Notes under the pieces: model-generated | Databases searched by the model: none | The model's input: the letters and a program-made list of their open reading frames with translations, nothing else | What the model was told of the DNA's origin: nothing | In this document: in pieces, positions 1 to 11,900 of the stretch | How the letters are laid out: each line of letters begins with the position of its first letter | Numbering within the stretch: position 1 is the first letter of the stretch | IMG/VR virus record: IMGVR_UViG_3300023178_000006 | DNA: 64,000 bases | DNA from: a virus | Lineage: Duplodnaviria; Caudoviricetes | Direction: 5' to 3' (one strand) | Program-made: the position numbers and the translations under genes

Positions 1-2
1 TG

Positions 3-2732
3 GTTGCAACAGCAATTTCTGATAACGGATTAGAAGTTAACCCAGATGTTGAAGAACCAAATACAACATTCTACACTGATGAACTCGCATCTTACGTAGA
101 ATTAGACGCAAGTAAAGAAGCAATTCAAGACGGAATCCTTGCTTATCTTGCAAGATACTTTGACATTCTTCCATACAGCGAAGCAAAATGTAGAAGAGAT
201 GTTGGATATATCCTTGACGGAGTATCACATGACATTCAATACGGTGGTAATGCAGCTACATTAAATAACGCATATCTCTACTTTGATAATGCAGTAAATA
301 CCTTGCCTAAAGAACAAAGAGCTGCAAGTAAAGAAGCATTTACTCATGTCGCTAATGTTGTAGAACATGTTGTTAGAAGAATGGAAGTAGACCAATCACG
401 TTGGATTAAACAAACATTCGGAGTTCAAACAGCAACTTATGACCCAGTAACTGGAATCATGGTTGTAACAACAAAAGCTCCACACGGATTAACAACAGAC
501 GATTACGTCATCGTTGAAGATGAGGGTATAACATTTAGTTGTGGTGGTAGTGTTGAAATATCACATCCAAGACCAGATATTGACCCAAATCATAGACAAC
601 CTTTAAGAATTACCGCGGTAACTAACCAGACATTTACAGTAAATGCTGGATATGCCAAAGGATACGCTGGTGCTCATACATTTGTAAGTGCTTTACCTAA
701 CGCTATTCTCCACATTGAAAACCAAATCTACAAGCAAGATATGTCACAAATTGCTGGTGACCCAGAGATTGCAATTAGAGCTAAAAACCTAGTCAATATT
801 ATTTCTAATGTAGTCGATAAGGGTTCTTATGTAGACTTCCCGAATAGAGTAGACCCACTACAAACATGGCAGGCACAACCTTTCATTGATTCGAAAGAAT
901 TAATCGAAGATGCAAGTACTGGTTTAGCAACTTCTGTTCTGAATTACATTTCAAATGTTCATAATGGATTGAGTTTCCCAGAAGCTAAGTGTAGAAGAGA
1001 TATTGGATACTTACTAGACGCTATCTCTCATGATGTTCAGTATGATGGAAACATCGCTACACTAACAGCAACTAAGATTTATTTTGAAAATGGTATCAGC
1101 GTATTACCTGCAGACACAAGAACTCAAACTGCAGACATATACAATTACTTAGGAACAGTTCTTGATGCTGTCGTACAAGAAGATAACAGTGTTGCTAATA
1201 CAACATACACATCGACAACTCAAGATTTACTTGGAACACCTGCAACAGCGATTGAAGGTGGAAGGGTTAGTGACTTAATAGGAATCGTTGAAGACGCAAT
1301 ACGTGCTGACAACTTAGATTCATTACCACTTCCTGTTGAACCTACAATTGCATGGGTTGACACAGGTATTCAAGGTGCAGCTCAACAGATTGAAGATAAT
1401 ACTGAATCACTTGCTGATGAATTAATCTACTACATTAGACAAGAGTTTGATGTACTTGATTATAACAGAGCTAAGTGTAGAAGAGATATTGGATACTTAC
1501 TCGATGCATTCAGTTATGACTTGAACTATGGTGGTAACATCGCATCAAGATGGAATGCAGATTTCTACTTCTGGAATAATCAGTTTAGAGTTCCTGAAGA
1601 CCAACGTATTCCAACAGCAAAAGCTTATAAGCAACTTGGTGTAATATGTAAAGATATCGTACTTGGTAAATATCCAAATCAAACAGTTCTTGGAGAAGTT
1701 GGTACTGATGTAGAGTCTAAGAAAGTTAAAGGACTTGCAGACATGTTCTACAAGACACAATTCTTTAAAGATACTAAGTACTTACCTGCTAAGGAAGAAC
1801 CAGATTATACATATGTTGATGATACATTTACAAGTGCTCAGTTCATCCTCGAACAGAATAAACTCGACCTTGCATTTGATGTCGTAAGATTTGTTAATAC
1901 AACTTATGATTACATTGACATTAACTTAACAAGAAGAGATGGTTACAACTTATTAGAAGCAATTACAAATGACTTTAGATATGAAGATGCTTCCGCGGGC
2001 GTACCAGTGTACGGGAACGTGGCAGGGTCTCAGAAATCTACAAGGTCATTTACCGCAGCATTCTTCGACCAGAAAGGTCAGCATACATTCCCAGTATTTA
2101 ATCCATCTAATACAGCATACAAATACCAAGGAAGTGTATCACAGCTATCTGACCTAGCTGCTATCACAGGACAGAAACCAAATCACGCATATATTGTTGC
2201 AGATAACTATGCAGTAAGTCATTTTGCGGGAGATATATATTATTGGAACGGAACAACTTGGGTATTAGACCAGACTAACGACACATCATTACTTGACGCC
2301 TTTACTGGTGCTTGGGATAGAATGAGAGATTATATTGTTAATAATCTATCACCTAACTCACAACACGACTTAATGGTTGAAGGTTTATTTAATGACTGTC
2401 TGAAAGATAATATTCTAAGACCAGAAACATTAGTATTTGGTTCCTTGGTTGAATCCATTGCTCACCAGTTTAATGGTGCATCAGCAGGTGTTAACAGAAA
2501 TGCTCTACCTCTAAACTTTAGAAACTTAGGTTCTGCTATATCAGCGGTGGCTTCGGTACTAAGTGAAGATGGTGGTAGAATCAGATGGTCGGGTGCGGAT
2601 GAATTGAATAACCAATACTTCGCAAGAGGTCTAAGAATTAATGGTAGAACAGGTCGAATCGAAGGTCGACCATTTACATCATCTGTAAGAAAACTCGCAA
2701 GAAGAGCTTCAAACAGTAGAGCAGCATTATAA
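3..2732 (+). CDS. Large virion structural protein with KCRRD(I/V)GY repeats, 5'-truncated by the window edge
   Basis: The frame is open from position 3 (VATAISDNGLEVNPD...), so the TTG at 303 is not the true start. (E/R)AKCRRD(V/I)GY(I/L)LD...(H/Y)D..Y.GN occurs three times (about 180, 981, 1467), a repeat type I recall from large structural proteins of marine T4-like phages. Confidence 0.7.
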   Translation, partial: VATAISDNGLEVNPDVEEPNTTFYTDELASYVELDASKEAIQDGILAYLARYFDILPYSEAKCRRDVGYILDGVSHDIQYGGNAATLNNAYLYFDNAVNTLPKEQRAASKEAFTHVANVVEHVVRRMEVDQSRWIKQTFGVQTATYDPVTGIMVVTTKAPHGLTTDDYVIVEDEGITFSCGGSVEISHPRPDIDPNHRQPLRITAVTNQTFTVNAGYAKGYAGAHTFVSALPNAILHIENQIYKQDMSQIAGDPEIAIRAKNLVNIISNVVDKGSYVDFPNRVDPLQTWQAQPFIDSKELIEDASTGLATSVLNYISNVHNGLSFPEAKCRRDIGYLLDAISHDVQYDGNIATLTATKIYFENGISVLPADTRTQTADIYNYLGTVLDAVVQEDNSVANTTYTSTTQDLLGTPATAIEGGRVSDLIGIVEDAIRADNLDSLPLPVEPTIAWVDTGIQGAAQQIEDNTESLADELIYYIRQEFDVLDYNRAKCRRDIGYLLDAFSYDLNYGGNIASRWNADFYFWNNQFRVPEDQRIPTAKAYKQLGVICKDIVLGKYPNQTVLGEVGTDVESKKVKGLADMFYKTQFFKDTKYLPAKEEPDYTYVDDTFTSAQFILEQNKLDLAFDVVRFVNTTYDYIDINLTRRDGYNLLEAITNDFRYEDASAGVPVYGNVAGSQKSTRSFTAAFFDQKGQHTFPVFNPSNTAYKYQGSVSQLSDLAAITGQKPNHAYIVADNYAVSHFAGDIYYWNGTTWVLDQTNDTSLLDAFTGAWDRMRDYIVNNLSPNSQHDLMVEGLFNDCLKDNILRPETLVFGSLVESIAHQFNGASAGVNRNALPLNFRNLGSAISAVASVLSEDGGRIRWSGADELNNQYFARGLRINGRTGRIEGRPFTSSVRKLARRASNSRAAL

Positions 2733-2748
2733 AATAGGATAAAGAAAA

Positions 2749-3174
2749 ATGTCTATAACAACAATTACAACTTCTCAGGCACCTGACGCTAAACCAGTTG
2801 CCGTCAATAAGGTTGTATCCACTAACTGGCAAGTTCTTATTGAAGTACCTCAATACGAGGTTCCTGAACTAGTATTTGGTGGTTCAACAACTATTGAGCC
2901 GGGCGTTGGTGAAGTTATTTCACCATTGATTTTGTGTAATACAATCGCAAACACTGTGAACATTGATGTCAGAACACACCGTGATGACGTTAACGCAGAA
3001 TTTTACATATTGAGAAACATGCCTATAGGCGGTTATCAGACAACAGCAATTCCTCTGAATGGCCAGTTTTTAAAGAGTGGTGATACATTAGAAATTATAG
3101 CAGACACTGACTTAGCATGTCATGCTACATTATCATTCACATTAGGTCAATCTGAAGAAGATGACGTTGTTTAA
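2749..3174 (+). CDS. Hypothetical protein, 141 aa, probably virion-associated beta-sandwich
   Basis: Clean ORF with AGGA RBS, located between structural genes; beta-rich alternating pattern. Confidence 0.6.
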   Translation: MSITTITTSQAPDAKPVAVNKVVSTNWQVLIEVPQYEVPELVFGGSTTIEPGVGEVISPLILCNTIANTVNIDVRTHRDDVNAEFYILRNMPIGGYQTTAIPLNGQFLKSGDTLEIIADTDLACHATLSFTLGQSEEDDVV

Positions 3175-3218
3175 GTACTGATAAATATATTAATAATGAT
3201 TAACGGAGAATAACTTAA

Positions 3219-6200
3219 ATGTCCAATTTTGGAACACTAACAGGAAAAAGTCAGCTAATAGGTTTTGGTGAACCTCAAGCATTCCCTATTACACTTGACC
3301 CAGCCGTCTATGAAGGCGCGGTGGTCTATGCTGATAACGATAAAGTTTATTACTCCGACGGGACAAGTTGGATTGAATTATTAGGTGGCGGTGGTACCAC
3401 AGTCGATGCTATTCTTCCTTTTGCGTTTATCCGAGTTGATGGAACAGGTAATATTACAGGTACCGGAATTTCATCTTCGAATTGGGATGCAGTTAATGGT
3501 ACGATGGACTTTACCTTTGATACTGCTCAGCCCGATACTGATTATACTGTTGTCACTGATGGTGAACTCAATGATGATGGTCGTTTAGTATCAATTCAAA
3601 GTAAAACAGTTAATGGATTTGAAGCTTCATTCTATGACAGCAATGGTAATGCAACAACTCCTTCCTCTGCAAGTGCATTTGCTATTATGGTATTTGCATC
3701 TGACCCTGTCACTCAAGTAGGTCAAGGTCAGCAAGGTATCCAAGGTACAACAGGTGCTCAAGGTCTACAAGGTGATTATGGTCCTGGTTTTACAATCATT
3801 GGTTCAGTCGCAGATGTAGATTCAGGTGGTGACCCTCAAGCAACTTTAAATACAGCATTTCCTACTCCAAATACAGGTGAAGGTGTTATTGACGAAGCTG
3901 ATGATGAACTTTGGATTTATAATGGAACGAGCTGGGTTAATATCGGTTCATTCCGCGGAGTTCAAGGTTTACAGGGTGTAATTGGACCACAAGGTTTACA
4001 AGGTCCTTTAGGTAACGAAGGTATCCAAGGTGAAAGAGGATTCCGTGGTTTCCAAGGTATGCAAGGCGTACAGGGCCATCAAGGTGTTCAAGGTGACTTA
4101 GGTATCCAAGGTGTTCAAGGTTTCAGAGGACCTCAAGGTGTTCAAGGTATTACTGGTATCCAAGGTGACTTAGGTATTCAAGGCATCCAAGGAGTTCAAG
4201 GCGTTCAAGGAACAACTGGTATTCAAGGTGATGTAGGTTTACAAGGGTTACAAGGATTTAATGGTGATGATGCTGGTCACGTAGTTGAATACAGATTAGA
4301 TTGGAATACTTCTCAAGCAGACCCAGGCACTGGTAATATTATCTTTAATGATACTGGTTTCTCTAATACATCTAATTTCTCAACAGTTGACACAATGTGG
4401 ATTGACGATGAAGCAATATACGGTGTTAACTTAGACGCACTATATACAACAATTTCAAGTCAAACATCCACTGATAAAGCGGTAATGAAAATTACCAAAC
4501 GTGGAAACCCAGATGATTACGTTATCTTCACAATTCAAAACGCAACAGACCAAACAGGTTACTGGCAATTTAATGTTACATTCCAAGGTGGTAACGCATT
4601 AAGAGAAGACTTTACAGAATATAATGGTGGAAACGGAGTTTGGACACTTAACCCATTATTAGTAGCATTTAGTATTGTTGGTGATGAAGGTATTCAAGGT
4701 CCTATTGGTCCAAGAGGTATTCAAGGCGTTCAAGGATTACAGGGCCCACAAGGTTTACAAGGATTTAGAGGACCACAAGGTACAATAGGTATCCAAGGTA
4801 ATACAGGTGTTCAAGGTGACGTAGGTCTCCAAGGTATTCAAGGAACAACTGGTATTCAGGGTGATGTTGGTATCCAGGGTGTTCAAGGAACAACTGGTGA
4901 CTTTGGTGGTATCACATACGATTACACATACAGTAATAACACAACAGCATCTGACCCAGGCACTGGTATTATTAGGTTTGATGATACAAACTTAGCTTCA
5001 GCAACTCAAATGTACATCGATGACGAAGACGATAATGGCGTCAACGTTATGGATGGATTAATGGTTGACTTAGATGCAGTAAGTTCAGGTGTTAAAGGTT
5101 ATTTCAAAATTACAAATGGTGCAGATACTACAAACCACATTACATTTAGAATTGACGAAATTACGAATGGTTCTGGTTATTGGGTAGTTGATTGTACAAG
5201 ATTAAGTGGAGCATCTTCATTATCTAATGGTTTAGATGTTCGTATATCATTCTCAAGAACTGGTGACCAAGGTACTCAAGGTGTTCAAGGTACTCAAGGA
5301 TTTAGAGGCTTCCAAGGTGATTTAGGTCTCCAAGGTGTTCAGGGTGTACAAGGTACTGATGGTCTTCAAGGTTATAGAGGTTTCCAAGGTGATGTTGGTA
5401 ACACTGGTGCACAAGGTATTCAAGGTGTTCAAGGAACATTTGGTATCCAAGGTGATGTCGGATTACAAGGTGACAGTGGTGCAACCGGTGCTCAAGGTAT
5501 TCAGGGTGTTCAAGGTGGTCAAGGTTTACAAGGACTTCAAGGATTACAAGGTGAACAAGGTGAATATGGCGGTTTAACTTTCCAATGGAACTTTGTTAAT
5601 AACACAATTGGTGGTACAGACCCAGGCACAAACAATTTCAAATTTAATAATGCTAACCCAACATTAGCAACATTAATTACATTAGACGATATTCCAGATG
5701 ACCAATACACTACAGAAATTGATGACTTCTTAGATTTCATCGATGCTCAACCAGGTGCAGTCAAAGGTTATCTAAAAATTCAAAGAGCAGCAGGTGGTGC
5801 AAGTGGAGGTCCAGGAGGGCATCACTGGTTAGTATATGAAATTACAGATTGGACATGGGACGGTGTATCTAAGAATTACGGTTATTTTGATGTTAACTAT
5901 GTTGATGGTAATGTTACTAACTGGGAAACTGCAGTTAATCAAACACACGGTCCTGAAACACTTATTACATTTATTCCAAGAGGTCCCGCAGGTATCCAAG
6001 GTGCGGTTGGTGGAATTGGTCCTCAAGGTGTTCAAGGTCCTACAGGTTCGGGTGCTCAAGGTGTTCAGGGTGTTCAAGGTTCTGGAGGTATTCAAGGTGC
6101 CGATGGTTCATTTGGTGGTGTAACATTTGATTATACATTTAATTCAGGAACGTTAGCTGGTGACCCAGGTGGAGCCGGTTGGGTTAAACTGAATAGTGCT

Positions 6201-8522
6201 ACACAGTCAAGTGCAACATTAATATTCATCGATGATAGAGATGATAACTTCATCGACATTCAACCTTTCTTAAGAACAATTGATGATTCAACATCTCCAG
6301 TTAAAGGTCACGTTAAGATTACTCTTAAGAGTTCTCCACAAAACTTTATCTTATTTACAATTTCAGGTTTAACAGAAACAACAGGTTATTTTGCTATTGA
6401 TGTAGCACACGTTTCCAACGCAGGATATACATTCCAAGGTGGTGACGATGTAATGATTACCTTCGCAAGAACAGGTGATGCTGGTGCGACAGGTGCGCTT
6501 GGACCACAAGGTGTTCAAGGTACTCAAGGTGTTCAAGGTGATTATGGATTCCAAGGACCGGCTGGTGCGGGTGCTCAAGGTATCCAAGGTTTACAAGGAA
6601 CATCTGGTTTCCAAGGTTCTGATGGAGCAGATGGTGCAGCTGGGTCTCAAGGTATCCAAGGTATTCAGGGTTCTACTGGTACTCAAGGATTTGGTGGATT
6701 CCAAGGACCAGGCGGAACTGGTGCTCAAGGTATTCAGGGTGTTCAAGGTTTAATAGGTCAACAAGGTATCGCGGGTGTAGGTGCTGGAGGATTCCAAGGT
6801 CCAGCAGGTGCTCAAGGTATTCAGGGTGTTCAGGGTTCTGACGGTTCAGGAGGAACTCAAGGTGTTCAAGGTACACAGGGTGTCGGTGGAGCAGGTGCTC
6901 CTGGTGCTCAAGGTCCTCAAGGAACTCAAGGTTTAAGTGGTATTGGTGCACAGGGTGTATTTGGAGTCCAGGGTGCGCAAGGTCTACAAGGTGTTCAGGG
7001 TCCTACGGGTGCAGGCATCCAAGGTGCCTCTGGTACAGGTACACAAGGTATTCAAGGTCCTCAAGGTATTGATGGAACAACGGGTACAGGTGTTCAGGGT
7101 ATTCAAGGTTTCCAAGGTTATCAAGGTGTACAAGGTCCTCCAGGAACAGGAGCGCCAGGTATCCAAGGTTATAGAGGTTATCAAGGTGTTCAAGGAAATG
7201 TTGGTGGAGACGGTGGTGGCGGTGTTCAAGGTCCTACTGGTCCACAGGGTATTCAAGGTACTACAGGTGATGCTGGAACAGGATTACAAGGATATAGAGG
7301 TTATCAAGGTGCTCAAGGTGAACAGGGTGCCGATGGTGGAACAGGTGGAGGCGGTGTTCAGGGTGAACAAGGTACTCAAGGTTATAGAGGATTCCAAGGT
7401 AATCAAGGTGTAAGTGGTTCAGGTTCTGGTGGTCCACAAGGTCCTCGTGGTTTCCAAGGTACTGATGGTTTAAGTGGAAATGGAATTCAAGGTCCGTTAG
7501 GCCCAATAGGTCCTCAAGGAACAAGAGGTCCTCAAGGTTATAGAGGTATCCAAGGTATTCAAGGATTTACCGGTGGTGCTTCTTCTCAAGGTTTCACTGG
7601 TGACACAGGTGCTCAAGGTTTCAATGGATATCAAGGTACTCAAGGATTTAGAGGATTCCAAGGTATTGATGGTGGAACTGGTGGAGGTGGTATCCAAGGT
7701 CTACAGGGTGTTCAAGGAACATTAGGTTTCCAAGGTTCACAAGGTCCTGCAGGTTCAGCTTCTGGTATTAACGCACCTTCAATTAGGGAACAAAGTAACG
7801 CACTACAAACAGGTACTTTCTATCCAACATTTATTGAGCCTGGTTCTGGTGTAAGAACACTATATGCTGCAACAACTCCTGATTTATATGCAGGTGGTTC
7901 AGGTGATACTAACTTTACATATAACTTAAACTCAGAAACAGTTCTCGTAGAAAACTTCTATGTAGATGGTGGTATAACACTAGGTGGTGTTACTAGAACT
8001 ACATGGCCATCGGGTGGTTCAGGTTATGATGGTACATCTGCTAACGTACAGTCAGCTAACTACTTAAGATTTAATGATGATATTCCTTTAATCTTCGGTA
8101 CATCAAGTGATGTTGATTTCTACGCAAATAACACAGCAATGTATACCGACCTTAATTCTGGACATGATTGGTTCATTAGAGAAGGTACAGTTGTAAGATT
8201 CACGTTTGATACAGGAACGGGTGACTTCACAGCTGGTGGTAACGTTACAACTAACTCAGACGAAAGATTAAAGATTAATGTTAATACATTAGAAGATGCT
8301 TTAGATAAAGTCAAAGCATTAAGAGGTGTTTCATATAATAAGATTGATAATGAAAGAGATGAGATTGGTCTCATTGCACAAGAGGTTGAGAGTATACTTC
8401 CAGAAGTCGTAAGAGATAATGCTGATGGATTTAAGTCAGTATCTTATGGAAATATAACAGCATTATTAGTTGAAGCAATAAAAGAACAACAAAGACAAAT
8501 TGACGAATTAAAGTCAAAATAA
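3219..8522 (+). CDS. Collagen-like (Gly-X-Gln) tail fibre with four interspersed globular repeats and a C-terminal peptidase S74 intramolecular chaperone
   Basis: Long GxQGxQG runs; C-terminus SDERLKINV...[13 protein letters not shown]...[23 protein letters not shown] is the S74 signature; GGAG RBS. Confidence 0.85.
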   Translation: MSNFGTLTGKSQLIGFGEPQAFPITLDPAVYEGAVVYADNDKVYYSDGTSWIELLGGGGTTVDAILPFAFIRVDGTGNITGTGISSSNWDAVNGTMDFTFDTAQPDTDYTVVTDGELNDDGRLVSIQSKTVNGFEASFYDSNGNATTPSSASAFAIMVFASDPVTQVGQGQQGIQGTTGAQGLQGDYGPGFTIIGSVADVDSGGDPQATLNTAFPTPNTGEGVIDEADDELWIYNGTSWVNIGSFRGVQGLQGVIGPQGLQGPLGNEGIQGERGFRGFQGMQGVQGHQGVQGDLGIQGVQGFRGPQGVQGITGIQGDLGIQGIQGVQGVQGTTGIQGDVGLQGLQGFNGDDAGHVVEYRLDWNTSQADPGTGNIIFNDTGFSNTSNFSTVDTMWIDDEAIYGVNLDALYTTISSQTSTDKAVMKITKRGNPDDYVIFTIQNATDQTGYWQFNVTFQGGNALREDFTEYNGGNGVWTLNPLLVAFSIVGDEGIQGPIGPRGIQGVQGLQGPQGLQGFRGPQGTIGIQGNTGVQGDVGLQGIQGTTGIQGDVGIQGVQGTTGDFGGITYDYTYSNNTTASDPGTGIIRFDDTNLASATQMYIDDEDDNGVNVMDGLMVDLDAVSSGVKGYFKITNGADTTNHITFRIDEITNGSGYWVVDCTRLSGASSLSNGLDVRISFSRTGDQGTQGVQGTQGFRGFQGDLGLQGVQGVQGTDGLQGYRGFQGDVGNTGAQGIQGVQGTFGIQGDVGLQGDSGATGAQGIQGVQGGQGLQGLQGLQGEQGEYGGLTFQWNFVNNTIGGTDPGTNNFKFNNANPTLATLITLDDIPDDQYTTEIDDFLDFIDAQPGAVKGYLKIQRAAGGASGGPGGHHWLVYEITDWTWDGVSKNYGYFDVNYVDGNVTNWETAVNQTHGPETLITFIPRGPAGIQGAVGGIGPQGVQGPTGSGAQGVQGVQGSGGIQGADGSFGGVTFDYTFNSGTLAGDPGGAGWVKLNSATQSSATLIFIDDRDDNFIDIQPFLRTIDDSTSPVKGHVKITLKSSPQNFILFTISGLTETTGYFAIDVAHVSNAGYTFQGGDDVMITFARTGDAGATGALGPQGVQGTQGVQGDYGFQGPAGAGAQGIQGLQGTSGFQGSDGADGAAGSQGIQGIQGSTGTQGFGGFQGPGGTGAQGIQGVQGLIGQQGIAGVGAGGFQGPAGAQGIQGVQGSDGSGGTQGVQGTQGVGGAGAPGAQGPQGTQGLSGIGAQGVFGVQGAQGLQGVQGPTGAGIQGASGTGTQGIQGPQGIDGTTGTGVQGIQGFQGYQGVQGPPGTGAPGIQGYRGYQGVQGNVGGDGGGGVQGPTGPQGIQGTTGDAGTGLQGYRGYQGAQGEQGADGGTGGGGVQGEQGTQGYRGFQGNQGVSGSGSGGPQGPRGFQGTDGLSGNGIQGPLGPIGPQGTRGPQGYRGIQGIQGFTGGASSQGFTGDTGAQGFNGYQGTQGFRGFQGIDGGTGGGGIQGLQGVQGTLGFQGSQGPAGSASGINAPSIREQSNALQTGTFYPTFIEPGSGVRTLYAATTPDLYAGGSGDTNFTYNLNSETVLVENFYVDGGITLGGVTRTTWPSGGSGYDGTSANVQSANYLRFNDDIPLIFGTSSDVDFYANNTAMYTDLNSGHDWFIREGTVVRFTFDTGTGDFTAGGNVTTNSDERLKINVNTLEDALDKVKALRGVSYNKIDNERDEIGLIAQEVESILPEVVRDNADGFKSVSYGNITALLVEAIKEQQRQIDELKSK

Positions 8523-8572
8523 TTTATACTATGAAGTAAGGGTGACTTGCTCAACAATTATAAAACAGATTG

Positions 8573-8600
8573 AAGGGCATCTCGTATGCCCTTTATTCTT
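8573..8600 (+). terminator. Rho-independent terminator after the collagen fibre gene
   Basis: AAGGGCAT-ctcgt-ATGCCCTT hairpin followed by a T-rich tract. Confidence 0.7.
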
Positions 8601-8607
8601 ATAAATA
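8600..8607 (+). promoter_or_regulatory. T4-type late promoter TATAAATA
   Basis: Exact T4 gp55 consensus about 30 nt upstream of the ATG at 8639. Confidence 0.75.
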
Positions 8608-8638
8608 ACTAATAAAAGATTTAAAAGGTTTCATCGCC

Positions 8639-8974
8639 ATGGCATCAAGAGCTAACATATATATCGATAAAGGTATGGACTTCAGAACAACTGTTGAGTT
8701 GTTCGACGAAGATAATGCCGAGCTTTTCCACAGTACTTATAATTTCTATGGTGGAATGAAAAAGCTATACTCAGACGCAAGCCCCGTTGCGACCTTTACA
8801 ATCGAGAAAACTGCAAATAATGACGTCACTCTGATATTGACGGATACGGATACTTCCGCTCTTAAGCCTGGCAAATACCAATATGATTTAATCATGGAAA
8901 AAACCACAGGAGAATTGTCGAAAATAGTTGAAGGCTTAGCGATTGTAGTTGATACTATTACGGAGGTTTCGTGA
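8639..8974 (+). CDS. Small virion protein, probable fibre/baseplate attachment (BppU N-terminal-like Ig fold)
   Basis: ANIYIDKGMDF...LTLILT..DT..LKPGKYQYDL....G....IVEG pattern typical of small adaptors that precede phage fibre genes. Confidence 0.5.
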   Translation: MASRANIYIDKGMDFRTTVELFDEDNAELFHSTYNFYGGMKKLYSDASPVATFTIEKTANNDVTLILTDTDTSALKPGKYQYDLIMEKTTGELSKIVEGLAIVVDTITEVS

Positions 8975-11900
8975 GTATAAAGGTTAAGGTCAAGTCCTCG
9001 AAAAGTATTCGAGCGGTACCTAAACAAGATACTCAAACGAGTATCGTAGCACCAGGAGAAAGAAAACCGGTAATCGTTCCAGATTCCGTTGTTCTTGGTA
9101 TCGATACAATTGGAGCATACGTACAGGATATTGATGCTGGCCCAGGCATAATCATTACTCCTGAAACAGACACAGAACTTTCTAATGTCGTCGTTTCTCA
9201 CGCAAATACATCTAACGAAGTAAGTACTAATAATGATGTATTAACAATTTCAAGAAATATTGACATCGACCAATTCGGTCATGTTACATCCTTTTATAAT
9301 ACAAGTTTAACTTCTTTAAACTTTACTGCTAACGGCACAGTCATTCAAGCAAATGACTTCACACTAGGTAATACATCACTTACAATTGGTGAATCTACAA
9401 ATGAAATCGTAGGTTTAAGTAATTTTAATGTTGGTGAACTTACTTTAACACAAGACGGAATATTAGGTTTAGATGATATTCGATTAGTTCCTGGCGAAGC
9501 TGATGATGTTATTAACGTCACCGACCACAGAATATCTAATCTTAAAAATCCTTTATTCCCACAAGATGCTGTTACAGTCAATTATTTAGAACAAGAATTA
9601 GGAACAGTTGGAGACCCTACAGACCCAGAAGATGTCGCAAACAAACGTTATGTAGATAATGTTCAAATTGCGATGTTGAATCGTCAAACAGTTCTAGCAG
9701 CATCGACTGCAGACTTAGGTGGTACATATACAACTGGTAATACTTCTTATTCAGACACAATTTCTTTATCTCCCGCCTCAACAATCAATATTGACGGGGT
9801 TACAGATTGGGAACTTGGTGATGGACTTTTAGTCAAAGACCAAACAAACCCAGTACAGAATGGCCGTTACGAGTTAATACAAGTTGGCGCCTTAGCTGAT
9901 GATTGGATTTTCCAGAGAAATCGGTATAACGATGAAACCTCAGAGTATGGACTTACTCTGGCCGAAATACCTGGTTCTTTCGTATTCGTAGTTGATGGTA
10001 CTCTTAACGGCCAAACTGGTTGGGTTGCAACAGTTAATGATGCAGAAACATTTGCGTTAAATACTGACGATATTATATACAAACAATTCCAAGGACATGG
10101 AACCTTTACTGATGGAAGAGGTTTAACTCTTACCGGTCCTTTAGGTACAGAATTTGAGGTAGATTATACTCAAACCTTCGATACTATTAATGGGTTGTCG
10201 GATAACTTAATTATATCATCAAATGTAGTAGATGTCAATAGTTCTGGTGGATTTATTATCCCTGTTGGTGCAACAAGTGATAGACCAACTCCAGACCAAG
10301 GAATGATTCGTTATAATACGACTGATTCAAGATTTGAAGCATATAACGGTATAGCATGGACAGGATTAGGTGGTGTAGTTGATGTTGACCAAGATACTAG
10401 AATTGTTGCTGAATCTTCACCTGGCGCTGACAATGACCAATTGCAATTCTTTACTGCAAATACAGAGGTCATGCGTCTTGAAGCAGATGGTGATTTATAC
10501 TTTGGTTCAAGTCTCAATAAATTAATTATTGATTATAATTCAGGTGATGCTACATTCAGAGGATTAGTAACCTTTGATTCTACTGGAGCAATCACCATTC
10601 CAGATGGTACAACAGCTCAAAGACCTACCGCCGTTCGCGGTATGATTCGTTTTAATATCAGTGACCAACAATTCGAAGGATATGATGGTACTGCATGGAA
10701 AGGTCTTGGTGGAGTTATTGATGTTGACCAAGATACAAAAATTACTGCAGAAGATTCACCAGGCGCAGATAATGACGAACTTAAATTCTTTACTGGTGGA
10801 ACATTAAGATATAAACTCGCACCTGATGGTGATTTCCAGTATGGTGATGGTCTTAATAAGTTTACAGTTGACTGGCAAACTGGTGATACTAACATTGCTG
10901 GAAATACAGACATTCAAGGAACATTAAATGTTGTTGGTGATACAACAATCATTGGTGACACTGACCTTACTGGTTCTTTAGAAGTTGATAGTTTAAATGT
11001 TACTGACCTAACACAAAACAGAGTATTGTTTGCAGGTGTAGATGGTGAAATAACTGATAGTAACGATTTACGTTGGGATGGTTCTACATTTACAGTTACT
11101 GGTGATACAGACATCACTGGTAATCTTACACTTGGTGGTAATATAAGAATTGGTGATGCTGATGTAGATACAATTAATGTTGTTGCAGACTTCACATCTG
11201 ACTTAGTTCCAAATGACCACTTAACATATACAATTGGTTCATTAAATAAAAACTGGAATCGAATCTTCGTATCACAAGTCAAGAGTGACTCAGGTGTAAT
11301 TACATTTGCAGAAACAGGAGCAATCACACTTCCGGTTGGTAATACAAGTGATAGACCTTCAGCTGCAACTGGTATGTTACGTTATAATACTGATGATGCA
11401 CGCTTTGAAGGATATGATGGAAGTAATTGGGCAGGTCTCGCAGGTTCAGTAATCGACGTTGACCAAGATACAAAAATTATTGCTGAATCAAGTCCTAATG
11501 CTGATAATGATGAATTACAATTCTTCACCGCTGGGAATGAAAGATTTAAGATTACTGCAAATGGTGATATTACTACCCCAGCAAATACAGATTTAACATT
11601 TACTGTATCTGGTAATATTGATGTCAGTAATACTATTATAACAGGTTTAGCGGACCCTGTCAACCCTTCTGATGCAGTTAATTTAAGATTTATTAATGAT
11701 AATTTCAGTTCAAACTTAGACATTACAGATGGTGCTAATACAGGAGTAATTGACTTACTCGATTCACCTAGAGTTTACATTGGTACAGGTTTAGAATTAG
11801 GTGCAAATACAGCTCTAGCAAATAATGAATTTGAAATTGGAATGGAAGACACCGGTGTTACTGCAGGTCTATATGGTAACGATGGATTTACTCCTCGTAT

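Noticed and set aside
303-305. TTG start given by the ORF track for the first gene
   Set aside because: The frame is open upstream to the window edge and includes another copy of the KCRRD repeat, so the true start lies outside the window.
3385-7697. Many alternative-frame and antisense ORFs over the collagen gene (e.g. 5335-5577, 6475-6753, 6937-7413, 6673-6951)
   Set aside because: They are shadows of the stop-poor GGT/CAA repeat; their translations are low-complexity and lack RBSs.
4000-7760. Periodic caaggt repeats that might suggest a CRISPR array or satellite
   Set aside because: The period is 9 nt in frame and encodes Gly-X-Gln; there are no constant 25-45 bp repeats with unique spacers and no cas genes.
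8746-9201. 151-aa antisense ORF and similar antisense ORFs across structural genes (e.g. 10914-11327, 14431-14784, 31188-31565, 54129-54530, 59466-59855)
   Set aside because: They are fully overlapped by well-supported + strand genes; this is the typical antisense open-frame artefact of RNY-biased coding.
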